DNA of 64,000 nucleotides, from contig OZ361258.1 of the NCBI GenBank assembly GCA_977018835.1, positions 4,030,001-4,094,000 on the forward strand, read 5' to 3'. This DNA is from Minutocellus sp. GHC0000111 (Eukaryota). This document shows, piece after piece, positions 36,971-48,200 of this stretch (within the stretch, counting starts at the first letter, position 1; the number at the start of each line of letters is the position of its first letter). The notes beneath the pieces were generated by a model that was given only the letters and a program-made list of their open reading frames with translations, ran no database searches and was not told the DNA's origin. The position numbers and the translations under genes are program-made.

Positions 36971-38254
36971 TTACGAAAAGAATTGGAAAAAGTCCTCGTA
37001 TGGAGGCAATGGAAGCTTGTATTTGCGAATCTCCTTCACAGAGACTCCATTTGCTTTGTTCATTTCGACATCGACGTCGCTCCACACCGGAACCTGAAAG
37101 AATGAGTCCTTTGCTTTCTGAACACCAACATCGTCTTCTCCACCACTGCCACCTTCTTCTATCATCTCGGACAAGGGTTTTGCCCACTCCTCTTCAGCTA
37201 CACGGTTGAATGGCCTCGCGCTGCCATGTCCCTCTTTATCTTGAATGCAAATATCTTTCCAAAAAGCAACCATGAACGTCACCCGACGCCGTTCTCTGGA
37301 TGCCCCTTTCGATGCGCCGCCATCATCAACATTATCATCATTCGATCGAGCGGCAGCAACGCGCGGACCAGGAACAACTCCATGAAGCAAGTCACCTCGA
37401 AACACGAGTAGCCGATTCCTCTTGTTTGTACAGAGCCATCCCTTCGTGGCCAATGCTCTCCCCGATGACGTTTGTGTGGTGACCAATGTCTCTCCGCCCA
37501 TTCCAACATCAGACGATATATTAATGACGGTGCTGCAGACAGGGTTTCTCACGCCACCTCGTCCTTCATCATCGGAATCAAAGTGAAGCTGATGGCCAGA
37601 GGAGTGCGGTCGACAGTGAGCCCACCACTCACAATATTTGCACTCGTTCACATCTGGAAATACCTCCGATATCTGTCTTTGAATTTTTCTGATGATGATA
37701 TCAAGTGCTGTTGACGGCTGAGCCGAAGAAGCGTCATCGTTGTTGATTGGTACTATGTAGGAAAAGTATGGGCTGGGATCCTTCCCACCACTACCATCGC
37801 TATAGTCATGCCGCTCCCAAAATTTCGAGGTTGGCCCAAAGGTTGCATCCAATCGATGGAGAAGAGAATCGGATAGGATGCCATCCCATGCGGCCGAGTA
37901 TCGCAATGGCGGATTCGAGGGATTAGAGTGCTTACGTCTGAGCGACTCAACTGATAACCGATATGCGAATCCACGCTCTGATAACAATGTAGATGCTTCC
38001 TTTGTCGCATCCTCCTCTCTCTTTTGCAGCAGCAATGTAGCGAGGAAGATGCCCGTGTTGGTCCAGGTTGTCTTCTGGTTGGCATCACCGCCACCGGTCG
38101 TCTCTTGGATATCGTTTGTCGAGAGATCCGCCAGAATTTCTCGCAGCTTTACTTCCACTACCGACAGATCATCCTCACTCAATGCATCTGTACGAAGTGC
38201 ACGTATTTCGGCGAGGCGCCGGGCCAGATCACATGCGCCGGCGGTTGTCGTCAT
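36971..38254 (-). CDS. 2OG-Fe(II) oxygenase-like protein
   Basis: EWWAH...QLHFDSD...NRLLVFRGDLLHGV...RRRVTFMVAFW (HxD...H...R). Confidence 0.8.
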   Translation of the reverse strand: MTTTAGACDLARRLAEIRALRTDALSEDDLSVVEVKLREILADLSTNDIQETTGGGDANQKTTWTNTGIFLATLLLQKREEDATKEASTLLSERGFAYRLSVESLRRKHSNPSNPPLRYSAAWDGILSDSLLHRLDATFGPTSKFWERHDYSDGSGGKDPSPYFSYIVPINNDDASSAQPSTALDIIIRKIQRQISEVFPDVNECKYCEWWAHCRPHSSGHQLHFDSDDEGRGGVRNPVCSTVINISSDVGMGGETLVTTQTSSGRALATKGWLCTNKRNRLLVFRGDLLHGVVPGPRVAAARSNDDNVDDGGASKGASRERRRVTFMVAFWKDICIQDKEGHGSARPFNRVAEEEWAKPLSEMIEEGGSGGEDDVGVQKAKDSFFQVPVWSDVDVEMNKANGVSVKEIRKYKLPLPPYEDFFQFFS

Positions 38255-38357
38255 GGTTGAGTCTGTGGAATGATGCGAATTGATGGTGAGTGGGCCTGTC
38301 CTTCATCCGTCAAGCGAGGAAAAATGACCAAACCGCGGAACGGCGGGTCAAAGCACG

Positions 38358-38931
38358 ATGAGGCTCCCATCCGACGACAGCAGCTTAGAGGACGATGCCA
38401 GTGTGTCGGACAACCTCCCTGCGCATGTGCACGACGAGGAGCAGGTTGGTCTCGTGGCGGCGGCGAATCGCACAAAACGACTGTCCCGACGAACGACCTC
38501 TCGTCATTTGCCCTGGCTTTGCAAACGCAGGCGACAACCGTCCCCCCAGACCCATGGGAGGCAACAAGGACAAAACAACGAAGAGTGAGTGCGACGAAGG
38601 AAGTGCTGCTTCATGGTTTTAGTCACAGCGATTGTTGTGGCCGTGGCGGCTTGTTTGGTGATGGAGATGGCAGGGGAAAGCGAAGAAGCCACGCTCGAGA
38701 CAACAACGCACCATCAGAGTCACATCCAGCACATGACGATGTGCCGCAACTGATGTGTGTGTGACGAACACCAGAGAAAAGATGACGATGATTTGGCAAT
38801 TGACACTAGCTTTGATGACGATGACAACATTGTAAAAGTGACTTTGTCAACGAGACGGTCTATGCCAATGTTGTGGTGGATAAACCGAACGACGAAGAAG
38901 AGTTTAGTTGTTATCGGACAAATCGTCATGT
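38358..38931 (+). pseudogene. Degraded 5' part of a type II membrane protein gene, possibly the front half of the methyltransferase at 53477
   Basis: MRLPSDD...; after an in-frame TGA, VRRRKCCFMVLVTAIVVAVAACLV TM; then acidic linker ...SCYRTNRHV. Confidence 0.35.
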
Positions 38932-39402
38932 TGCTCGAATCAGCGGCGTGGAAAGCGAATCTGAGGATGAATTCTCAGGAAGTGCCGTTGCTTCAAAAAT
39001 CTCTTCTCTCTTTTTCCCTTCTCTCCTGTGCGCTGTGTGTGCTGTCGCGCGCGCGCGCGCATCTGCAGGTTGCTCTCCTCCCTTGTTTTCACTTACTTGT
39101 TGTGCTGCTTGCTGTGCGGTGTGAACCGCGCGCTCGAGTGAGTCAAACAGGCGAATCTGCTTCAAAAGCAGACGAGAGCTTGATTCGAGTGAGTCAAATC
39201 AGGCGCGTCTGCTTCAAAAAACGCACTTCTTAGCGCTCGACAATCTACAAATGGCGTTTCCTTCTTAGCGATCGAATTTTTTGCGTCACTCAATCACGCA
39301 AAAATAATTCCAAACGTGCGGCAGGCGGGCTCTCAAGACTTGGCCAACGTCACAACCAAGACAGACAGACCAACCCACTCACCCCTCCATCCACCGCTCG
39401 AG

Positions 39403-41187
39403 ATGGACGACAACGACGACGAATCCTCGGTCGACACTACGACACTGGCAGCCCGAGAGCTTGGGGAAAGCTCGAGGAAGCTGCTAGAGGCGGTCAAGGG
39501 TGGCAGGCTCAAGAACATCATCGAGGCCATGAACGAACACACCGAGACGTGGATCAATCAGGTCGATTTGGATCCTGACGTTGCTTCGAGCATACGAGAG
39601 GCGTGCCTAGTATCGTACAATCCCAACTCGCGGAAGCGAAAGAACTCTAGCGGTGGTTCTGCTGGAGGTGGTGGTGGTAATGGCGGTGGTGGTGGGGGTG
39701 GCAATGGCAACGGCAACGGCAACCAACAGCAGCAGCAGCAGCAAGAGGGCGAGCAATCAGGCGACGACGAGGCCAACGACAACGGTGACGCGACCGCCGA
39801 GGCGATTGCAGCGGCTCGATTGGCCACTCTCCAGGAATCAAGAGAGCACTGGCTGGGGCTCCGAGAGGACCGGAAGCTGGGCGAGTACAAGTCGGTCTTT
39901 GCCTTTGTCAAATTTCCCTCGATGATGAAAATGGCGGAGGAACGATTGGAGGATTGCTTCCATGAATACGACTGTGGAGATCCCCATTTTGTAGACGTTG
40001 TCATTGGGCAGATCATTACCGACTTTGTCCAGCAGCGACTGTTTGGGATGCAAATGGGAAGGGTGTACCGTCAGTCTGACGACGTGGCATGGAAACCGAT
40101 CTGCTTTAGAACAATTGGACAATTGGGCAATGCCCTCGATGAGGACAGCAATGGCACCAGCGCTGTCGCCTCTAGCCTCCCCATTGTAGAGGGCCTCAAA
40201 CTGGCTGCCGAGCAAGCCAGAGACTCGGGTATTTTCTCTCTGCCATCCAACCAGTCCGCCGATGCTCTTCTCAAGCAGTGGCTGACAATGGACGAGCCAT
40301 CGAGGAACTACAACCTCGTCATGTTGAACTGCCTTGCGGGATGCTATGCCTTCCGGTTTTTGGAGTTGTCGGATTTGACCGAGGGCGACGATCCCATCCT
40401 TTCCGACGACGTTCTGGATGCCATGGGAGTCGAGGAAGACGCGATGCCCTCCGACGCGAACGAGCTCCTTGTAATGTTCAGGCTTTGTTTCGACGATGGA
40501 GACATTGACCATGAAGACAAGGTGACCATCATGCTGTCCCTCCTTCGGATCATCAAGCTCATGAAGAAGTATCCCGACTCAACGTGGAAGAAGGTGGATG
40601 GGTACAAGAGCGGCAGTGGTGGATCTGTTGTTCATGCTGGCAGCGATGCTCGTGCCGACCTCGCTGATGAGGATGGTGACGATGGGGACGACGACGCGAT
40701 CAAGCGATACTTTACTACCACTGATCGAAAGAACAAGGCCCTGCTGGCCATGTCAGTGCTGGTGTGTTCTGACTTCATCTACGACTGTACTCGCGAGTCG
40801 GTCCTGTATGGCCAAAAGTTCAAGGGAGTCCTCCCTGTGATGCTCCGATGTTCGATTGACTCCTTTTTCAGGAACTCGATGTACCTAATGATGCGCAAGG
40901 TGTACGATGGATCAGCCACCGAGGAGTACATGACCACGGTCCACGAAGGCCTCAACAGCGCAGTAACGAAAGCGAATGCCGGTAGCGGCAGGGGACAGAG
41001 GCGCTCGACGTATGCAGATGACGTTGCAATCCTCACCAGCTTGGGTTGGTCCAAGAGAAAGTTCGATAAGCAATTCGCCCTCTATGGATTCGAGCTGGAG
41101 GAGGCCGGCATCGAGTGCTCCGAGGAGGACAGCGACAGCGACAGCGATGAGGAGGAGGATGGTGATGGTGGCGACAAGGAGAATTAG
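39403..41187 (+). CDS. Intronless hypothetical protein (594 aa), acidic ends, Gly/Asn/Gln tract, NLS-like RKRK
   Basis: Long ORF with coding-like composition; no family recognised. Confidence 0.7.
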   Translation: MDDNDDESSVDTTTLAARELGESSRKLLEAVKGGRLKNIIEAMNEHTETWINQVDLDPDVASSIREACLVSYNPNSRKRKNSSGGSAGGGGGNGGGGGGGNGNGNGNQQQQQQQEGEQSGDDEANDNGDATAEAIAAARLATLQESREHWLGLREDRKLGEYKSVFAFVKFPSMMKMAEERLEDCFHEYDCGDPHFVDVVIGQIITDFVQQRLFGMQMGRVYRQSDDVAWKPICFRTIGQLGNALDEDSNGTSAVASSLPIVEGLKLAAEQARDSGIFSLPSNQSADALLKQWLTMDEPSRNYNLVMLNCLAGCYAFRFLELSDLTEGDDPILSDDVLDAMGVEEDAMPSDANELLVMFRLCFDDGDIDHEDKVTIMLSLLRIIKLMKKYPDSTWKKVDGYKSGSGGSVVHAGSDARADLADEDGDDGDDDAIKRYFTTTDRKNKALLAMSVLVCSDFIYDCTRESVLYGQKFKGVLPVMLRCSIDSFFRNSMYLMMRKVYDGSATEEYMTTVHEGLNSAVTKANAGSGRGQRRSTYADDVAILTSLGWSKRKFDKQFALYGFELEEAGIECSEEDSDSDSDEEEDGDGGDKEN

Positions 41188-42285
41188 ATTATTAGATTGA
41201 GTAGATCTATGTGCAATAATAATTTATGTGCATGTAGCTACGTAGTAGTTAGATCTACTGTGCATGTAGCATCGCGGGGTGCATGGTGCTTGCTGCTTGC
41301 CCGGTTTGTAGATTTTCTTACAGGAAGCTCCCGATGACCCAGGTCTCGTTTTGCTGCTTGAAGCAATCCTACAGACAAAACACACAAAAGCAAAAGCAGC
41401 ACCACAACTTCTGCCACAACCTGACCATTGCCCACACCGCCTGTCGGTACCCAAGAGCATATCGTATCTCCCTCGCATACACACGCATATCATTGTCGTC
41501 GTCGTCGTTCGTCGTCGGTGTTATCGTCGTCGTTGTTGTATCATCCGTGAGTATCTGGCGCATCTTGTGCTCGTTCGTGTTGCCTTCGTCGGCCGGTCCT
41601 GTTTCCTCTCCTTCGTCGGCTGTCCTTTGTATTGCCTTGCATCTCTCATACCCAATCAATGCCTGATACCTTCCTTACTTTCTCTCCTCTCTATTATATC
41701 TGGCACATCTTTGTGCTCTCATCAGTGCTGGTGGCGTCCGTACCGCCCCAACGTTCCATCGTTCGGCGTCGGCCTTCCTTCAACTCATAACCTATTGACC
41801 ATACAATCCCCTCCTTCTCTTTGAGCACATACGCTGCCCACCACCGATACTTGGTCCATACCGCGCATCTGCCGCGCCGGCTGTAGGAACGAGGACCTTG
41901 TCGTATCCGGTCTCGTCGTCGTTGCGTCAGCGTCGGCTGGAGCTGTCTGCCTCAAGAAATACGTCCTTTTTAGTAACTGGTATCCAATACCGACCAACTA
42001 AGCAAGCACATCCCTGGTACATACATCAGCATCACGTCGGCCTGAGCGCTGTACTGTACTGATCGTCGTTCTCATCATCACCTTTGTTGTTCACGAAGGT
42101 TTGGTGCCTTTTGTCAGCCTCGTCTGTGCCATACAACCCGCCGCTAATACAATACTAGTACGGAGGCAAGGTCAGTCCATTATCTTTTCATTTGACTTTA
42201 TCTCAGCTGCAAGCCGATATATCTTATCGTTTCTTGACCATTATCTTCTTTCTATGCATACTAGTACCCTGTTGAGGCAGTCATC

Positions 42286-45200
42286 ATGGGCAAGACTCTC
42301 CCCAAGACCGAGGAGGCGAGGAAGAGGAGGAATTGGATAAGGAGGCAGCGGAGGAAGAGAGCAAGGGATCGCAAGAAAGGATTCCTTTTTCCATTTGAGG
42401 TATGTTGATGCCTGTATGTCATCAAATTGTGCAGAGATGCTACCTACCTAGGTACGTATTACATACAGACCTGTATTGTTGTGTGAAGAGTGTACTCTTA
42501 CGAAGTCCGTTTCGCGAGAAATCGAGCGCAGGGTCGGGACCAAAACAGCGACTTTTTGGGCCCGCAACCGCCTGAATCTTAGATCTACCGGCATTGAATA
42601 CATGTACAATGCAAAGTACATGTACCTAGGTATTGCAGCAGCTAGTATCCAGATCTACAATCCAATCTAGTATTATTAAACACAATATAACTTAAAAGCA
42701 CCGCAGGACTAATTATCCATGGTTGGATCAGCAGGAGGAGGAGCGATAATTTTCCCATCTATCCGAACCATGCCATTTTCAGTCGGCCTGAAATCCTTTC
42801 GCACCCCAACATGAATGCCTTCACCGTTTCCAAGAAAATCATTGTTGCCTTTTGCAACGATTACCTTCTTTGCAATTCTATGAGCCTGGATGTATGCCGA
42901 TGCGATCTTCCAGTTTTCCAGCCCCATCCAAACTTCCTCCGCTGCATCCCAAGTCTGATCCTCTGTCAAAACCTTCAGCCCCTCCCGATCGCGGCACAAC
43001 ATTGTATGCTGCTTTGACATGCAAGGGAAAACAGACAGATCAAGAACATTCATATGGGGCATTTGCGGGGCCTGAGGTTCCCAACGCCATCCCTTGTCCC
43101 GACAGCATCCTTCCACATATTCCACAAATTCAGTCTCGGCATGGGGCCCAGCATTGTCGCCCTGGAAAATAGGGACACAGCCTTCAAACTTTCCGCCAGG
43201 TCCGACCAAAGCCTCAACATCCGGAAATATCTTGTTCTCAAACAAAGCTTTCAGTGGGAACTTGGGATTATCAAGGGTGCCATGGCTGCATCCAGTCACC
43301 GCGCAATCCACAAGGTGTAGATCGTCTTTCTTCCGAACCACCGGGCCGCAATATTTGATTCTACCATCTGCCTGCCGCACCGCCTCCCTTACCATCTGCC
43401 TCGCAATTTTATGCGCCTGAGCCCGAAAAAGTCCAAGCTTGAACGCAATGCCGCCATTCTCAATGCTGTCAATAAAAGCCAAGGCAGTGACAGCTACCAC
43501 CATGCACTTGTTGATGTGATTTCGGTGATATGCCGAGAAGGACCGAGGATCAATACCCAATTCTGCAACTTGCTTGGCATACGATCGAAGAACCAAGCCC
43601 CAAAACCACTTCTCATCGAACATAACAAGGAGAAACTTGCCACCGCCGAGCCCCCAATTGTTTCGGAATTTCCGCGCAAATGCCAAATGTTTCTCCATCT
43701 GATGTGTAGTAAGGAGAGGGATGATCCTTTCGGCATAGTACCGGAACCCTTCCCGCGACATTATCCACCGCCGTATTGCCGAGTAGGAACACCAAAAGTT
43801 GACATCCACCTCCAGCTCCCGCCAAGATTCCCGAGGATTTCGTATCAGAGCATCAACAATAACATCTCGAATGCATGGCTGCATAGCCAGATGAGATCTC
43901 CTCTTCATCTCCCACATCGCCTTCTCAGATGCAGGTAGAGCACCACACGCCTTCATCCATCCCGAAAATCGTGCACCATGCTCTGCGCTGGACAGCACCG
44001 AATAGTCCACCTTTGCCTGCTCCCTGCACTTGGCAATTGCAAAGAGACATGGTGCAGCACACCGCCGGGTCGCCGTTGCAAGATCGTCGATGACAGAACG
44101 GAAGGCGGCCGAATCAGATGAATCATCGGCACTCGTTGGGAAGCAGTATACCGGTCCAAGTATGCCGATCGCGTCATCGAAATGCTCAGCTTCGACTTCC
44201 GCCCGAGACACAATGGATTGAACACATGCTCACCGCTGTCTTCTTGGCCATCATCATTGACCAGGAGAAAACTCTCAAGATTGACGGGCCCGAGGATTTT
44301 GAGAAGCACATGCTCCTCAATGTCGTCAGTCGACTCGTCTGCCGGGCGATAAGGGCCGAGAACATGCCCCTCGACATGGATGATGTCGTGGCAATAACTG
44401 AATCGGTGTACGACAAGGCCGCGGAGATGTTCCACTCCTCAGTTACCTTCATCTACAAGTTCAACGGCGTGAAGCGGGAGCTAAAGAAGCTCAAGCTCAT
44501 CCCGGATTGGCTGTGGTGCGAGATCCGGGACGAATGCATCATACTGCCGATCCGAGGCGAGCATCATGCCATCGTTCAAGATGAAGACGAGATGGAGGCC
44601 GAACCGTCGCGTCGCACGAACGCGTCCATTTGATTAGAGCCGCTGAAATCTAAAGTCTTATCCGAATTATTGTTTCACATGAAGATAAATCAAAATTAGA
44701 GTAAAAATAGCCATTTTCTTAAATATTTCAGCATGACTATTCTTCGAGGCGCTTTTCAATCCCCTCGAAAGCAGTCAAAAACCGGGCGCTCGATTTCTCG
44801 CGAATCTGACCTCGTATGTATCTGATATGTTGTTCCTTTTTCCGTTTAGTCTCAAACGCAGCCAGTGAGTGATGTCAGTCTGGCTATCCGCCCGTCTGAC
44901 TTTCCAACGCATAACTTTGCTGCTTGGCAACCGTCAATTTCGGGACAGCAGCATGATCTACTGCAGTCTCGTGCTGCATCGGGCGGCCAGCCTCGTGCTG
45001 TGCATGTATCGGGCGGCCAGCCTCGTGCTGTGCATGTATCGGGCGGTATCGATGGTCCCACCTTCCCACTGGCTCCGTCGTTCCAGCCTCGTGCTGTACA
45101 TGTATCGGGCGGCATCGATGGGCATGCCGGTACCTTCCCACTGGCTCCGTCGTTCCGGAGTCTGAGTGTCAGTTCTGATGATTCCCTATGGGGAGATTTT

Positions 45201-48200
45201 GAACCAGTTCCGTTGGGCCAGTCTTTTGCTGCATTGGCCCTGCATGCTGCCGTGGAGGGACGTCATCGACCGGATACTGGCTCTCCATCTCTCCGGAGAC
45301 AGAGTGTCTGTTCGGATGATTCCTCGATAGGTCTATGGGGAGATTTTGAACGTGATCCATCGCCACCTGTGCCACCTGATGCAAGAGTTGCCAGCCCAAT
45401 TGATCTTTTTGGTGTTGCGCCTGGTGGCAGTGGCATCGATCCTCGGACGGAATCTGCTGCAATTCATCGTCTCATGAATCGATCGGATGCCGGCCTTCCA
45501 TCACGTGGCGTTATGGCCGGCCAAGTCAACCCGAATCAGCATCGTCATAACGTTGTTTCTGATCTATCTGGTCATCAGAATCCCACCGTTGAAGTCCTCA
45601 ATGCAGGTGAGGGTGCTTTCCGCCGAGCGACTGAAAGTAATACAAGGGAGGCCATGTGTGTCATCCACAATAGGCAAGCCTTTGAGCTGGCGGATCACAA
45701 ACTTTTGCAACTTCAACAGACTGGGCGGTAAGTAGTGCCGGTATTGTCTGTATTCGAATTGAGATTGCTCTATTCACCAAGGGCGTACATGCATTCTCAT
45801 ACTTCTCTATTTATTCATTCTATATTTATCTGCACACACACAGAATCCGTCAAGATGATCTTCAGATCACCAAGCCACACAGCACGATCTACCATGACGT
45901 TCCTATCAAGACTTTCTCTTCATTGAAATCCGAGCTTATGTCCAAGCGCAACGTCAGGCTCGGCACTATGGGTGCTTTTGACACGCTGAATGCTCTTGTA
46001 AATGGATGCCCTCATTCTGCTGCTGAGATTCGTCGAGAGATTGATACCCACGATATTGTCATCCTGACTCTATATGTTGGTAGCCATGAGGGTCAAGGAG
46101 ATGGTCACGTTGTGCACGCGGTCTCGTATTCGGATCCCATCGACAAGACCATTCGATTTTTATTCATCGATACCTTGAACGCGATGCGTGACAGCCATCG
46201 AGCCTATTTTGAAGGAAAGTTCCGCTCCGCCGGTATCATCAAGCCCGAGGAGGTGATGATCAATGTGTGCTTCGATCAAGTCGAGCTCGAGTGCGCGGCT
46301 CTATCCTTTTACGTTGCAGTCGCCCTTAGTCGTTGGCTCGCGGAGGATTCATCTCATCGTTCGGCGAGTACTCTTCCACCTTTTCATGGGCGGTATGATC
46401 CTTCTGCTGTGCGAGCCTGGTTGTTTCGATCAGTTGTCGAGGTGACGGTAGAAGACGTCCATGGCCATCAGGCGGTACTCCCTACTCCCTTTGACTTTGA
46501 TGGTGTCATTCAATATCCGACAAATCTTGGTGGTGGCCCTTCCCACTCCGACTCTGATGATGAATCTACATGGACCACTGTTTCCCACGGTCGTCGCTCA
46601 ACATCACCCACGCATGGTACCAGCGCGCCAACTCCCACTCGTAACCGTCTGAGTCGGAGGAGCAAGACGATTGCCGGGAAACGACTAGCCCACACCGATT
46701 GCACCGTCGACGACGATGGCAGCGATGATGAGTTCCTTGATGAGGATGTTGAGGTAAGCACTGAAGTCCTGATAGCTTGGAGTTGCCATGATCTTATTTA
46801 CCGAATTTACTTCTCACCCTTTTCGTGCCTAATGCTGTCCTCACTCTACATGTTCATGCAGCATCGATCCTCTTCGTCTCGGGGCAACGTCGGCCGCCGC
46901 ACCACTCATCAGTCTTCTCGGCCGTCCACGTCTACTTCGTCCATTACATCCAACTCTACCGCCTCGTTCCGCTCCCCCTCGTCTCGCTCATCCCGCCGCT
47001 CGACTCGCTCGTCTCTATTTTATGATGACTACCAGCCAGACAGTTGGCAGAACATAGCCTCGTTCATGTTGCTCCAGTACCTTACCATTTTCGTGTCCTA
47101 CAACTACGTGGAGAACAGCACCACCCTCCCCCCGAAATATGATTCCCTCAAGTCAAAGGATGAGTACATTGAGAAATCATTTCGGGAAGCGATATTCCTT
47201 CAACGCAGTCCTCTTCAGTTGTATGCTGCCAAGGACCTCGGTACCAAGTACCATGCTTCGACCAGTGACGACGGTCGTCAGCGGTTTTTGCAACGACACC
47301 AAACCGTCGAATGCACCACTCTGCCCAACACAAGGGATCACCGTCTCCCTGGATTGGTGGCGCTGAACGAAATGAAGGTCCGCTGCGTGGACGGTGATAA
47401 CGAATTTGTACTCGTTCGCCTCAACAATCACTACGACAAGTTGTTGCCAATCATCGAGGCCGAGCCTGGCGTCCTCACCGATTCCAAGGTAATCAACGTC
47501 GACAAGGAACGAAACTCCCTTATTGTTCACATCGGCCCCACCGACGTCGACGCTGATCAGTGGATTCTAACTCCAAAAGGCAAGCGACCAGGTCATTTGA
47601 AGACCACCAAGTACATTGGCGAGACGTATCCCAAATTTGCGAGATGGATCGGGGAACTTCTGGCTATCATAACCCATGATTTCCAGAATGCGGTACTTGC
47701 GGCATTTCCTGACCACGAACCAATGTTTGTAATGACTCCAGTTCGTCAGTTCTACTGCAATGAATTCGCCTCTCTCATCGGATGCGACGACATTCGTCAT
47801 AAGATACTCGTTCCAGCCTGTTCGTTTGGGTTTGAGATGAGAAATCTGGTAAGTGCTTGTATTGGGATCAATGCCCATCCCCACGTTTACAAGTAATTTG
47901 CTTGTCCAGTTACTAATTCTGCCTATGTCTATCCTTCCTATTCCTCAGCTCGAGCATCTCGACACGAAGAATGGCGTCGGTGAGGGCAACAACTGGGTAA
48001 CCCTTGCCATGAAGATGTTTTCTCTGAGTTCCATTAGCCCCAAGGCTCGCTATTGTCTGGATCAGGCCGGTGTCGAAGGTACCGATATTATGTGCTACGT
48101 CATCGGATATACCCGCCGCATCGTCGACAATTGGGACAAGCGCACCAAGGCCAAAGTTCCGTCGTTGATCGAGAAGCCCGTCGAGCATCTCAGCCGGGTC

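Larger units (their letters stand above)
42501..44814 (-). mobile_element. Tc1/mariner DNA transposon (plant-mariner DD39D-like, here DD38D), 2314 bp
   Basis: 29-bp TIRs (CGAAGTCCGTTTCGCGAGAAATCGAGCGC vs CGAGGTCAGATTCGCGAGAAATCGAGCGC, 3 mismatches); TA at 42499-42500 and 44815-44816. Confidence 0.92.

Noticed and set aside
41224..42200. Short minus-strand ORFs
   Set aside because: Fragmentary and low-complexity with no motifs; at most a decayed remnant
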